Positions 53,314-63,667 of a stretch of DNA of 64,000 nt are shown one piece after another. This DNA comes from Flavobacteriales bacterium (lineage in GTDB: Bacteria > Bacteroidota > Bacteroidia > Flavobacteriales_F > PHOS-HE28): the NCBI GenBank assembly GCA_017987115.1, contig JAGNUG010000005.1, positions 669 to 64,668 on the forward strand, read 5' to 3'. The translations under genes and the position numbers were made by a program. The notes beneath the pieces were generated by a model. That model was given only the letters and a program-made list of their open reading frames with translations. It was not told the origin of the DNA and searched no databases. Each line of letters opens with the position of its first letter. The stretch's first letter is position 1.

Positions 53314-54343
53314 ACCAGTTCGTCTGACGCAATACAGTCATGGCGCGGGATGTGGCTGTAAGATCGCTCCTGCGGTCCTGGAGACCATCCTTAAAAGCGA
53401 ACTGGGCACATTGAATGAACCGAGGCTGCTTGTAGGGTACGGAAGCCGAGATGATGCAGCAGTTTATGACATTGGAAATGGCCGGGCGATCATCAGTACA
53501 ACTGACTTCTTTTCACCTATTGTCGATGATGCGTTCGACTTTGGTCGTATCGCAGCCACCAATGCATTGAGCGACATTTATGCAATGGGCGGCAAACCTC
53601 TGTTGGCAGTCGCGATCCTAGGTTGGCCTATTGAAAAACTTGGACCAGAGCTAGCGCAACGTGTGGTGGAGGGCGGGCGTAAGGCTTGTCATGATGCTGG
53701 GATCCCACTGGCCGGTGGGCATAGCATTGATGCGCCGGAACCTTTCTTTGGACTAGCGGTTACCGGTGAAGTTGAGATAGCGAACATTAAACGTAACGAT
53801 ACAGCGAAAGAAGGCGATGTGATCTATTTGACCAAGCCACTCGGTGTTGGCATTCTCAGCACTGCGCAGAAACGAGGGAAGCTTCGAACTGAACACGAAC
53901 GTATTGGACCTGACCTTATGTCTCAATTGAATCGGGTCGGCTATGAACTGGGTCAGAACAAGGTTATTTCGGCCATGACGGACGTTACCGGGTTCGGACT
54001 GGGAGGGCATTTACTGGAGATCTGTAACGGAAGTGGACTCAGCGCAGAGATCCAATTCGAAAAGCTCCCAGTGATACCTGAAGCATTGACCTATATTGCT
54101 GAAGGGTGCTATCCGGACGGAGCATTCAGGAATTGGAAAAGCTATGGTGAGCATATCAGTGGTGCCAGTGAAATGAAAAGAATGCTGCTGTTAAGTGATC
54201 CTCAAACAAGCGGAGGGTTGATGTTCACTATGGCCTCGGATCAGAACCTATCAGATCTTTCAAGCACATCAGGTGATCTTGCTTCCATTGTGCAGATCGG
54301 CAAAATGGTATCAAAAGCAGCGAAAACCATTTTTGTTACTTGA
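53291..54343 (+). CDS. selD: Selenide, water dikinase (selenophosphate synthetase)
   Basis: 350 aa. N-terminal 'SHGAGCGCKI' (Cys-type) and PurM-like AIRS domains. Overlaps selU by 23 nt. Confidence 0.9.
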   Translation: MENRSITEPVRLTQYSHGAGCGCKIAPAVLETILKSELGTLNEPRLLVGYGSRDDAAVYDIGNGRAIISTTDFFSPIVDDAFDFGRIAATNALSDIYAMGGKPLLAVAILGWPIEKLGPELAQRVVEGGRKACHDAGIPLAGGHSIDAPEPFFGLAVTGEVEIANIKRNDTAKEGDVIYLTKPLGVGILSTAQKRGKLRTEHERIGPDLMSQLNRVGYELGQNKVISAMTDVTGFGLGGHLLEICNGSGLSAEIQFEKLPVIPEALTYIAEGCYPDGAFRNWKSYGEHISGASEMKRMLLLSDPQTSGGLMFTMASDQNLSDLSSTSGDLASIVQIGKMVSKAAKTIFVT

Positions 54344-54582
54344 ATTCCATACGTCCGGAATGATCGATGTTATATGCCTAAGACTAACGATCGAGTTTAG
54401 TATCCAAGCCAATGACCGATCGATCGAACAGATCCACCGGAGGTTCGCAGTTAGTTGTCTGCAGTGACATTGTCCGTCGTGCCAATTCCAACTGTCTTTA
54501 AGGTTCGTATATTTACGGATCCGTACGAACAATGAACATTTGATAGTTCAGATAGGGATAACTCAATACGAATTTTATTACC

Positions 54583-55170
54583 ATGGCAACCAGAAGACTG
54601 ACCCCGAAGGACGCAGAGCAACTTCTCGCCCAATATAGAAGCGAACGTCGAAGATTGAATTTTCAACTGGAAAAGGTACGCGCTGCAATAGCAGAGATCA
54701 AGGGCTCCGTTGTTCCCGTTGAGCCCGGAGATGGTGTTGTCCGCTTGAAACGCGGCCCGGGTAGACCAAGAAAAGATCCGTCCCAATTGAAATCGGCAAA
54801 ACGTATTTCGGGAAAGCGGAAGAAACGCGAAATAAAGGATGGCGGATACCGCTTGAGTTCTTGGGACCAATTGGTAATAGATACAATTACCAAGGCTGAC
54901 CAGCTCATAACAAAAGGGCGACTCTTAAAAGCTGCCATCGTTTGGGCAAAGAAGAACGAGCCGAGCATGACAGCAAAAGACGTTGAAGACAAGCTTACTC
55001 GGGTGCTTCAGAAACTCAGTGGAAAGCGTCAGATCCTTGGTACGCACCGCACTGGCATGATCCGTGGATACCACTATGGTATCATGAAATGGTTCTTCGC
55101 AAGTAGCGGAAAATTGCGGAAACAGCATTTTGAGCGCATCGACTACAAGTTGGACCCTAACGAATCGTAG
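54583..55170 (+). CDS. Basic hypothetical protein with an AT-hook-like motif
   Basis: 195 aa. N-terminal coiled coil and 'KRGPGRPRK'. Confidence 0.5.
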   Translation: MATRRLTPKDAEQLLAQYRSERRRLNFQLEKVRAAIAEIKGSVVPVEPGDGVVRLKRGPGRPRKDPSQLKSAKRISGKRKKREIKDGGYRLSSWDQLVIDTITKADQLITKGRLLKAAIVWAKKNEPSMTAKDVEDKLTRVLQKLSGKRQILGTHRTGMIRGYHYGIMKWFFASSGKLRKQHFERIDYKLDPNES

Positions 55171-55258
55171 CTATTGCCTTGAAGGAATAAGATGGGTGAT
55201 CATAGGGTCACCCATTTTTTTTACACCATACCTTAGTGGGATAAATCACTATGCAGAA

Positions 55259-55696
55259 ATGAAGAATATTCTTGTACCGTTGGATCTTTCGGCGATCAGT
55301 GGTCGTGTGTTGGATGTGGCGACAGAGCTTGCTCAACGTATGAACGTAAAGCTCTGGCTCGTGCATGTCGCAGCTCCTGAACCGGATTTCGTTGGGTTTG
55401 ATGTTGGCCCTGGTTCCGTTCGCGAAATGCGTGCTAATGAATTGCGCAAAGAGCACGTCGACCTCCAACGTTTAGCAGCGGACCTCATGGACAGATCGAT
55501 CCAATGTGAGGCATTGTTGGTCCAAGGACCTACTTCTGACACACTGCTATCAATGGTCACCAGGCTTAAAGCAGATATGGTGGTAATGGGGTCTCACGGA
55601 CACGGTGCGTTGTTCAAGACCTTTGTCGGCAGCATCAGCGAACAAGTGCTTGCCAAAAGCCCTGTTCCGGTCGTGATCGTCCCCAAGGTGATGTGA
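55259..55696 (+). CDS. Universal stress protein
   Basis: 145 aa from ATG 55259. 'ILVPLDLS' and 'VVMGSHGHGALFKTFVGSISEQV'. Confidence 0.8.
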   Translation: MKNILVPLDLSAISGRVLDVATELAQRMNVKLWLVHVAAPEPDFVGFDVGPGSVREMRANELRKEHVDLQRLAADLMDRSIQCEALLVQGPTSDTLLSMVTRLKADMVVMGSHGHGALFKTFVGSISEQVLAKSPVPVVIVPKVM

Positions 55697-55697
55697 A

Positions 55698-56828
55698 TTG
55701 ATGTCATCTTCATTCAAGTATTTGTTAATTGTATTGGTGGCATTCTCGCTATCAGGTTCTGTCTGTGTCCCTACCATGGTAGGTGGCAAACCCAAACTGA
55801 ACGATATCCAGCTTCCGCTGGGATTCGAATTGAGCATATTTGCGGAGAACATTACAAATGCGCGCGCAATGTGTTGGGGAGATAATGGGACCTTGTTCGT
55901 TGGATCCCGAAGCGCCGGAAATGTCTATGCCTTGCGAGATAAGGATGGCGATGGACAAGCTGAGGTGATGTATACCATCGCCAGCGGATTGTCCATGCCG
56001 GTCGGTGTGGCGTTCAAGGATGGTGATCTGTACATCAGTGTAGTGAATGGTGTAGTGAAACTCATCGATATAGAAGAACATCTGGATGATCCACCAGCTC
56101 CAGTCGTTGTTACGGATGCCTACCCTTCCGAAAAACATCATGGCTGGAAATTCATTGCTTTCGGACCCGATGGAAAATTGTATATCCCCGTTGGCGCTCC
56201 ATGCAATATTTGCGAGAGTCCGGACTCGATATTCGCTTCAATAACGAGGATCAATAGCGATGGTTCGGGTCGTGAGATAATTGCGCATGGTGTTCGGAAT
56301 TCGGTTGGATTCGATTGGGATCCAAATACGGGTAAGCTTTGGTTCACGGAGAATGGCCGGGACAATATGGGTGACGATGTTCCGAATTGCGAATTGAACG
56401 TCCTCAACACTGAAGGAGAACATTTCGGTTACCCGTATTGCCATGAAGGATCCATACCCGACCCGGAATTCGGAGAAATACTGTCATGCCATGAGTTCGT
56501 ACCACCGGCTGCGAAACTAGGACCCCATGTTGCACCCCTTGGCATGCGGTTCTACCGAGGCGATCAATTTCCAGCAAAGTACAAGCACGCGATCTTTATT
56601 GCAGAACATGGTTCGTGGAACCGGACCACACCGATCGGATATCGCGTAGCGGTTGCCTTTCCGCAAGCTGATGGATCAGTTAATACCGAAATATTCGCCG
56701 AAGGTTGGTTGAAAGGATCCAGTGCGACCGGTCGGCCTGTAGATGTATTGGAAGCGCCTGATGGCAGCTTATTGGTCAGTGACGACGATGCAGACATGAT
56801 CTATCGCATCACTTACACAGCACCTTGA
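55698..56828 (+). CDS. PQQ-dependent sugar (sorbosone/aldose) dehydrogenase family protein
   Basis: 376 aa with a signal peptide. 'WFTENGRDNMGDDVP.CELN' and 'GEHFGYPYCH' blocks. Confidence 0.8.
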   Translation: MMSSSFKYLLIVLVAFSLSGSVCVPTMVGGKPKLNDIQLPLGFELSIFAENITNARAMCWGDNGTLFVGSRSAGNVYALRDKDGDGQAEVMYTIASGLSMPVGVAFKDGDLYISVVNGVVKLIDIEEHLDDPPAPVVVTDAYPSEKHHGWKFIAFGPDGKLYIPVGAPCNICESPDSIFASITRINSDGSGREIIAHGVRNSVGFDWDPNTGKLWFTENGRDNMGDDVPNCELNVLNTEGEHFGYPYCHEGSIPDPEFGEILSCHEFVPPAAKLGPHVAPLGMRFYRGDQFPAKYKHAIFIAEHGSWNRTTPIGYRVAVAFPQADGSVNTEIFAEGWLKGSSATGRPVDVLEAPDGSLLVSDDDADMIYRITYTAP

Positions 56829-56853
56829 ATCGATCTTTCGACCTGGCTCTCAA

Positions 56854-57510
56854 CTATCTCGGACCTTTTCGCATAAGGCCTCGGTCGAGCCCCTCCCGAT
56901 GAGCCCATTTGCCTCTGTACAACGCGTAGTAAACGATCAAGCTCGATACGATACCTACAATAGCACCAGCAAATACATCCTGTGTGAAATGTTGGGACAA
57001 ATAGACGCGTGAAAAGCCAAGAACAACTGCGACCATGGCCAGTATCGCAGCCCATCCTTGTTTGCCAACGATCACAGCTAATGCTAGGCACATACTGAAA
57101 GCCGCTGTGGAATGGCCGCTTGGAAAGCTGAAATGTGAATGGAGTACTACGCCTTGCACCCAATGAATATCGGGCCATTGATCCCTGAACATACTTGGTC
57201 TGTCATTCTCAGGAAAAACCGACCGTTTCAGGAACTGTGTGATCGTTGCGCTTAGTATGGTGCTGATCGCCAACATGAGAAATGATCGCCACGTGTGGAT
57301 CATAAGCACAATAATGCAGACGATCACAACGGTCCATCCATCAGCAATGTGAGTGGAATACTTGAAAAAAACATCGGCCCACGGCCAATTGTATTCATTC
57401 ACCGCTGCATGCAGCGCAATTCTACCAAGCCGCAAATGAGCCCAGAAAGCAGGAATGGCAACCACTAGGGAAACAAAAAGAAATACCGCGACCGCACGGA
57501 TCCGTTGCAT
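56854..57510 (-). CDS. PAP2-family phosphatase
   Basis: 218 aa membrane protein with 'KR...P', 'SFPSGHS' and 'SRVYLSQHFTQD' acid-phosphatase motifs. Confidence 0.85.
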   Translation of the reverse strand: MQRIRAVAVFLFVSLVVAIPAFWAHLRLGRIALHAAVNEYNWPWADVFFKYSTHIADGWTVVIVCIIVLMIHTWRSFLMLAISTILSATITQFLKRSVFPENDRPSMFRDQWPDIHWVQGVVLHSHFSFPSGHSTAAFSMCLALAVIVGKQGWAAILAMVAVVLGFSRVYLSQHFTQDVFAGAIVGIVSSLIVYYALYRGKWAHREGLDRGLMRKGPR

Positions 57511-57550
57511 ACGGCGAAACTAATCCACAGGACAGCGATATATTAGAGCC

Positions 57551-58717
57551 ATGAAAAGGTTCAATGGATATACGATCCGTATCGCCTTCTGTGCTGCTTT
57601 CATTTGTTTTTTCTGGCGCGCGTCAATAGGTCAATCATTTACTGTGGTTTATGGTGGGATCTTAGCGGAGCATGGCACAGGAGTAGTGTTGAATGACACT
57701 GCATTCCTAATTGGTACCCGAACGTTCGGATCCGGAAAATACCGTGCAAGGCTTGATCTGCGCGACCAGGATGGATCTGCGCTTGCTGAATCTGAACTGG
57801 ACCTTGTGGGAACGCTTTTTCTCCAAGGTATGACGCCGATACCGGGTGGAGGTGCGTTTCTCGTAGGTAGTCATATCGAACCCGATGCACATGAACATGA
57901 TGGCCTCTTGATCAGAGTGGGTTCCGATAATTCAATTTCCTGGATAACTCATTTGGATGTTCCCGGCGATCAACAGTATTACGGTGTTACTGCTTTGGAA
58001 GATGGTGGTGCTGTGGTTTGCGGCGTTACTGATATCGGTAATGGTCATGATATTCTTGTTGCAAGGTTCGATCTGACAGGAGCGTTACAATGGAGTATGT
58101 CCGAAGACGGAGGGTTGGATGATGAAGCCTATGCCATCGCTAGTGATGCCACTGGCGTTGTTATAACAGGTAGACAATTGAACTTCGGTGGAACTTCCGA
58201 TGTTGTATTCATGCGTTTTGGATTGGACGGCTCGTTGGAATGGGCTTCGGGATGGGGTGGCGCGGGTAATGAAATAGGTAGAGCACTTGTGCGCACTTCG
58301 AACGGAAATTTCCTCATGGCAGGCACCACAGAGAGCTACGGCACGTTCGATCAAACTGAACAACGATTCAAGAAACATGTCTATTTGCATGCGTTCAACC
58401 CCGCTGGTGATACGCTCTGGACCCGTGATATAGGTGACACCTTGTTTGAACGCAACGTTTACTGCATGGATCTCGCGATGAACGGAGATCTACTTATTGG
58501 AGGAGAACGCCATGTCACTACTGGAACAAGCGACGCTATGATCCAACGGCTTTCCAGCCAAGGTGCTCTGATCTGGGAACACGCGATCGATGAAGGCAAG
58601 GAAGAGAAACTGCTTGGTATCCATGCGTTGATGAACGGTCTTGTAGCAACCGGTTGGTCTTTCGATGATGGTGGTTGTAAAGTGCTCCTCCTAAGGCGAG
58701 ACGAACAGGGTCAGTAG
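57551..58717 (+). CDS. Secreted beta-propeller-like repeat protein (paralog type of 25103-26515, no T9SS domain)
   Basis: 388 aa with a signal peptide and repeats 'DGG..V.G......D.L..R.D..G...W'. Confidence 0.65.
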   Translation: MKRFNGYTIRIAFCAAFICFFWRASIGQSFTVVYGGILAEHGTGVVLNDTAFLIGTRTFGSGKYRARLDLRDQDGSALAESELDLVGTLFLQGMTPIPGGGAFLVGSHIEPDAHEHDGLLIRVGSDNSISWITHLDVPGDQQYYGVTALEDGGAVVCGVTDIGNGHDILVARFDLTGALQWSMSEDGGLDDEAYAIASDATGVVITGRQLNFGGTSDVVFMRFGLDGSLEWASGWGGAGNEIGRALVRTSNGNFLMAGTTESYGTFDQTEQRFKKHVYLHAFNPAGDTLWTRDIGDTLFERNVYCMDLAMNGDLLIGGERHVTTGTSDAMIQRLSSQGALIWEHAIDEGKEEKLLGIHALMNGLVATGWSFDDGGCKVLLLRRDEQGQ

Positions 58718-59033
58718 ATCCATTGCACAACGATCAACGTTGGATCGTTGATCATTTGCTTGTCGGATACTATGATCATGGTATTGCCAAGTGCTTTGTT
58801 GAAATGGACTTTTACCGTCACGTTAAACGAACAAAGCCATGACCATAGGTAAGAAATATGCCAAGCGCACCAAGGATACCAAAGCAGAACGCATTATCGA
58901 TGAACGCACACGCAGCCTCTTGAATGCGATCCTTACAACACCCAAGGGAAACGCTTTAAGTGCCTACCTAAGAACAAGATCGAGATCCTGAAAAAAGCAG
59001 TCTGACAAGGATCAGCTAAAACAACACCTTGGC

Positions 59034-62000
59034 TCAAGGCAGTTGCTCCAACTTGACCGATGTTGGTACAATACCGCCAATGTTCAAAAGGATCAGATCT
59101 CGATCATTATTACTGCCCGTGTAACGGACACTACCGTTCATGTTGACATCCTCCCGATAATAGCCAGATACGGTGCTGGTAGGAATAACCCCGCCGATAG
59201 CGGAAAGGATCAGATCCCTATCATTCAAACTCCCAGTATACATTACCCGGTTATCGCTGTTCACATTGCCGCACCACAGTCCGCGCTTTCCGTTGGTAAA
59301 GATCTTTTGCGGGTCCGTACCATATGTGGCTTGCGAAGTAGAGGTCATATCGATCACAGCCAGCGCATTGTTCAAAGAGACGGAAGCACCTGTCATTACA
59401 CTCAAATGATTCCTATGCCTGACTGCTACGTAATAGTTGTTGGGCGTCACATTAAAGATCAAACGGGTATATCCATCTGTGCCGACCACATCTCCGTCGC
59501 GCTGTAACAATGCCGTTCGTGTGCTTAAAATGACCGAAGGATCTGCTGCACTTCTCAGTTCGACAAGCACCCAATCCACAACAGCATTTATTCCTGTAAC
59601 AGCCAATGTTGCAGGGGAAACCGTGTTCCCACTACCCCCGTTCATTTGATATCCAAGCGCGGTATATGGCTCAAGCGCTGGAATGGATCCAGCGGAGCGC
59701 AGATCATCCTTCATCAGACCTGTATTTCCGTCGTACGGTCCTTGTAGCACCATCCGTACACGTACGCTAGGACCACAATCCTGATACCGCACTAAAGCAC
59801 TTCCTGGCACAACTGCCCGCGTAGAGTTGCTCGGTGTTTGCCAATGCAATGCCATATGATCTCCTCCACCACCCTCTTTTTGCAGCATCTCCACATAGTA
59901 GTATCTACCCGCTACAAGCTGGATCGGTGTGCTGGTCTGGGAAGCGTATTTCGTATATTCCGTTTCACCGGTATAGCCAAGAATTGAACATATGGTTTGC
60001 TTGAATTGTGGATCTGCATTCGGGCTCAGGTAAACCACTGACTGGTCATCACTTGTGCTTGTGAACGTATACATGCCCGATACGGGCGGCACGATATAAC
60101 CACGCAGTCGAGTACCGAAATTGCTCTGGGTTGATGGTGATACCTTGAAACTCGTCGGATAGCTTACCGTCGTTGGATCTGCAGGATAATTCGGACTATT
60201 CACGAGATCACTGATGTTATTACCGGCAATATTCGCATAATACTCACGCATAATGCTTCCCGCAGCGCCAACGCATTGTGGTGGTAGGGATGAGATAACA
60301 CTAATGACTTTGGTCGCTTGTCCGGTCAAACCATCATCATCCGTAACCGTAAGGGTTACAACGTAGTCTCCTTCCTCAGTGAAGGTCTTCGTCGGCGCAT
60401 CGGATGTCGAAAACGTTCCGTCACCAAAAGCCCAAGAATAGCCTACTATCGTCCCAGGATCAAAGGACATTGTCCCATCCAATTGCACCTGCAGAGGCCC
60501 AGGACCAAAGCTGGTTGAGGCAGAGATCATTGCAGTAGGTGCGATCGCATAACAGCGCGGTTGAATCTGTCTGGTCTGTGTTGTAGCAAGACCACCCGCA
60601 TCGGTAACAGTAAGACTTACCTCGTAATAGAACGTTTCCACCTGCCCGCAACCCACACCGGAGATCAATGTAGAGGAAACGATCGCTGGATCCGTAGGTT
60701 CCACGTGATCATGCGTATTGTGATGCAGCGTTGTGACCCAGCCATATGTCAATTGAGCAGGTCCATGTTCTGTATCTGAAACATCTGCCTCTAGTGTCCA
60801 GGTCGAATCAATACCAACCGGATAGAACGCATTCACAGGTATGCTTGTAATGTTCACTGTCGGCGGCGTATTGTTCACGGATACGATCAATTGAACACTT
60901 GTACTTTGGTTAATATTATCAGTAACTGTCAGCGTAACGGTCCTAGTGGTCACAACCCCAGCAGGTGATGTAAAGACGTGAGAAGGATCCGCAGCGCTAC
61001 TTGTCTGGCCATCACCGAAGTTCCAGAGGTACGTTAGAACACCATTCTCTGGATCACTACTACCACTGCCGTTGAATTGAACGGTAAGCGGACCTGGACC
61101 ATAGGAGATGTTCTGTGTGGCGACAGCAACTGGTGGCAGATTTACCGCTAACGTGTAACAGATCCTGCGTAATTCGTTCTGATCGTACTTGATGTACCAA
61201 ACACAACCATCCGTACCGGCACCGATCCAGGTTATGCCCCCAAGTCCGGATGCAAAGTTGTGAACGCTTAGCAATTCATCATTCTCATCGAACATGAACC
61301 GACGGATCCAGCCTCCAGGAAAATCGCCATGGAACGTGCTGTTCTGATACCCCGTTGGCATATTCAGGCCAGACATGAAAGGTCCTGCCAGTGCAGCATT
61401 ACCACCAAATCTTGGGCCTGGCACAGGACTTTGAGGATCATCCAGATCATACGCTACGGATGTGTTACCGACGTAACCCGGAACACGGGATCGATCGCCA
61501 TGTATCCAATCAACCGCTGGCCGTGAATGAAAATAATGCGGCACGGTAGCAGGGATCTGCAAGGCAGGATTGCACGGGTCCGGATGACCACCTACGTGTT
61601 GTTGCGTCGCTTGTTTTATCAGATCCTGAAATGAATAGAATTCCTCCGTACACGTTACACCATCGTAATTCGGGTTCGGTGCATCCAAATTGCGTGTTAC
61701 CGCATCCGTATAAGGCACATTCGCATCAATTCCTTCGAATAACGGCCATCCGAAATTCATTCCGGGCTCATTGCACACATTCAGGTCCTCCCAGGTATAC
61801 CAACCAACATCACCTATGTACAATGTACCAGGATCCCCATCGGCAGGGTCGGTACTTCCGCTGTTCGGCTTAATTGTCATTCTGTAAGGATTGCGGAGAC
61901 CCAGTGCCCATACTCGGGATTGTGCTGCACGTGGCTGGCCGGGCAAATACCAGGGATTGCTTGGTACGCCATCACCGGTATTCGGGTCCAGGCGCAAGAC

Positions 62001-62762
62001 CTTACCATTAAGAGATGTAACCATCTGCGCACGCATTGCGCCAACGTTCTCCTGTGGACGTAGGATCGAATCCACCAGGCATTGAGCGTAGTAGGTGCCT
62101 TCGTCACTACCAACATCCACATTATTGTAACTGGCAGCATCACCGACCGTGGCGATCAAAGTGCCATCACTTCCAAAAACCAACGAGCCGGTACTATGCG
62201 ATTCGTGCGTTAGCGCAATTCCGGTCTTGCGCGTTTCGCCAACGAGAACTAAACGACTATTGTAGTTGACCGTGTTGAACGTAGGACCGGTAGCCGTATA
62301 CCGCGTGATCCGCATGATCGAAGCAGCATAGTACTCATTGGTTGCAGCATTATAGGCTGGTGTACCAAAATTCATCAAGTGATGGCGGTCCACCAAGTAC
62401 ATCAAATAAATGTGACCGTTTGTGAGGAAATCAGGATCCAGAACAAAACCCAAACATCCATGATCACGCCAATTTCCTACTTCCTCACTAATGTCGATCA
62501 ATGGTGTTGCCAATCGTACGCCGTTCTGCACTATCCAGACTTTCCCGCTCTTCTCCCACAGATACAAGCGACCATTCGCATCGAAGGTAGCGCCGACCGG
62601 CTGGTTCCAGCTACCCATTACAAGAACATCACTGAAGTTCGGTTCAAGTGTCTGAGCTCGGCTTGTGAAGTTCAATGCAAAGAATGCGCTCAAAACCAAT
62701 AATGCGCATTTCAAACCAATGGATGAACTTATCTTTTTTGGACGGGAGGATCCGATGAACAT
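59034..62762 (-). CDS. Giant secreted multidomain protein (PQQ-dehydrogenase-like propeller, PKD domains, PA14-like domain, dockerin-like C-terminal pair)
   Basis: 1242 aa from ATG 62762. Signal peptide, then a propeller similar to 55698-56828. PKD-like 'YLWNFGDGQTS' and 'YSWAFGDGTFS'. PA14-like 'REYYANI...GYIVPPVSGMYTFTSTSDD'. C-terminal duplicated 'D/NVN..N.V.YTGS.NDRDLIL..IGG'. Confidence 0.85.
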   Translation of the reverse strand: MFIGSSRPKKISSSIGLKCALLVLSAFFALNFTSRAQTLEPNFSDVLVMGSWNQPVGATFDANGRLYLWEKSGKVWIVQNGVRLATPLIDISEEVGNWRDHGCLGFVLDPDFLTNGHIYLMYLVDRHHLMNFGTPAYNAATNEYYAASIMRITRYTATGPTFNTVNYNSRLVLVGETRKTGIALTHESHSTGSLVFGSDGTLIATVGDAASYNNVDVGSDEGTYYAQCLVDSILRPQENVGAMRAQMVTSLNGKVLRLDPNTGDGVPSNPWYLPGQPRAAQSRVWALGLRNPYRMTIKPNSGSTDPADGDPGTLYIGDVGWYTWEDLNVCNEPGMNFGWPLFEGIDANVPYTDAVTRNLDAPNPNYDGVTCTEEFYSFQDLIKQATQQHVGGHPDPCNPALQIPATVPHYFHSRPAVDWIHGDRSRVPGYVGNTSVAYDLDDPQSPVPGPRFGGNAALAGPFMSGLNMPTGYQNSTFHGDFPGGWIRRFMFDENDELLSVHNFASGLGGITWIGAGTDGCVWYIKYDQNELRRICYTLAVNLPPVAVATQNISYGPGPLTVQFNGSGSSDPENGVLTYLWNFGDGQTSSAADPSHVFTSPAGVVTTRTVTLTVTDNINQSTSVQLIVSVNNTPPTVNITSIPVNAFYPVGIDSTWTLEADVSDTEHGPAQLTYGWVTTLHHNTHDHVEPTDPAIVSSTLISGVGCGQVETFYYEVSLTVTDAGGLATTQTRQIQPRCYAIAPTAMISASTSFGPGPLQVQLDGTMSFDPGTIVGYSWAFGDGTFSTSDAPTKTFTEEGDYVVTLTVTDDDGLTGQATKVISVISSLPPQCVGAAGSIMREYYANIAGNNISDLVNSPNYPADPTTVSYPTSFKVSPSTQSNFGTRLRGYIVPPVSGMYTFTSTSDDQSVVYLSPNADPQFKQTICSILGYTGETEYTKYASQTSTPIQLVAGRYYYVEMLQKEGGGGDHMALHWQTPSNSTRAVVPGSALVRYQDCGPSVRVRMVLQGPYDGNTGLMKDDLRSAGSIPALEPYTALGYQMNGGSGNTVSPATLAVTGINAVVDWVLVELRSAADPSVILSTRTALLQRDGDVVGTDGYTRLIFNVTPNNYYVAVRHRNHLSVMTGASVSLNNALAVIDMTSTSQATYGTDPQKIFTNGKRGLWCGNVNSDNRVMYTGSLNDRDLILSAIGGVIPTSTVSGYYREDVNMNGSVRYTGSNNDRDLILLNIGGIVPTSVKLEQLP

Positions 62763-62862
62763 GACACTTTCTTCGATAGATGGATCAAGAGCAACGACGA
62801 ATGTAGCCATTCCATAATACAGAGTCAAATTCGACTTTTGCACTACTACCTTCGGTGCCCCA

Positions 62863-63135
62863 ATGAAAAAGCATCTTACGATAATTGTAACAGGAAAGGT
62901 TCAAGGTGTTGGTTTCAGACGCTCTGCGATGTCGCAAGCTGCGACAATGAAAGTCAACGGTACCGTGAGGAATACCTCAGGAGGTGCAGTAGTAATGGAG
63001 GTTGAGGGAACAGAAAAAGCTCTGGATCGCTTCGTGGAATGGTGTAGGAATGGTCCTGTAATGGCGAAGGTGGATAACGTACAAGTGACGGATGGCGTGA
63101 TAATAGGCCATACAGGCTTTAATGTTACGGAATGA
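62863..63135 (+). CDS. acyP: Acylphosphatase
   Basis: 90 aa with the 'VTGKVQGVGFR' signature. Confidence 0.85.
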   Translation: MKKHLTIIVTGKVQGVGFRRSAMSQAATMKVNGTVRNTSGGAVVMEVEGTEKALDRFVEWCRNGPVMAKVDNVQVTDGVIIGHTGFNVTE

Positions 63136-63667
63136 GCGCTTGAGACTTTTCGTTGGTACTGCGTTACCAGCGGAGCTAGCACATGATCTTCGCGAACGCA
63201 TTTCCAATTTGTTACCTGATTCTTCCGACTGTCGAATAGCTCCGACTGAACAATTGCACGTTACAGCAATGTTCATTGGTAACCGGGATGCTACCCTACT
63301 CCCCTCGATACAGGAACGCATAGCTCGCGTTGCATCTATCACAGATCCTATCACCATTACACACGGAAGGATCGTTAGCATGCCAAAAAGAGGTCCCTAT
63401 ATGGCTTGGGTCCGTTTCCGGCCGAACAAAGCACTCACTTCATTGCATCATGCATTAGCGACTGCATTGGGGGCGCCGCCTTCCGTCTATGTGCCCTATT
63501 GGCCCCACATTACGCTGGTACGTTGCAAAGGAGCATTTGCGCTCACTTCATCAAACGAGGTGATCGTAGAACAATTCCATATTGATCATCTTACACTTTT
63601 CCGATCAGATCTTGGTCCAACAGGCTCACAACATAGCGTTATTGAACAATGGACATTAACTGAATAG
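63122..63667 (+). CDS. thpR: RNA 2',3'-cyclic phosphodiesterase / 2'-5' RNA ligase family
   Basis: 181 aa with two HxT motifs ('LHVTAMF', 'PHITLVR'). Confidence 0.8.
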   Translation: MLRNERLRLFVGTALPAELAHDLRERISNLLPDSSDCRIAPTEQLHVTAMFIGNRDATLLPSIQERIARVASITDPITITHGRIVSMPKRGPYMAWVRFRPNKALTSLHHALATALGAPPSVYVPYWPHITLVRCKGAFALTSSNEVIVEQFHIDHLTLFRSDLGPTGSQHSVIEQWTLTE

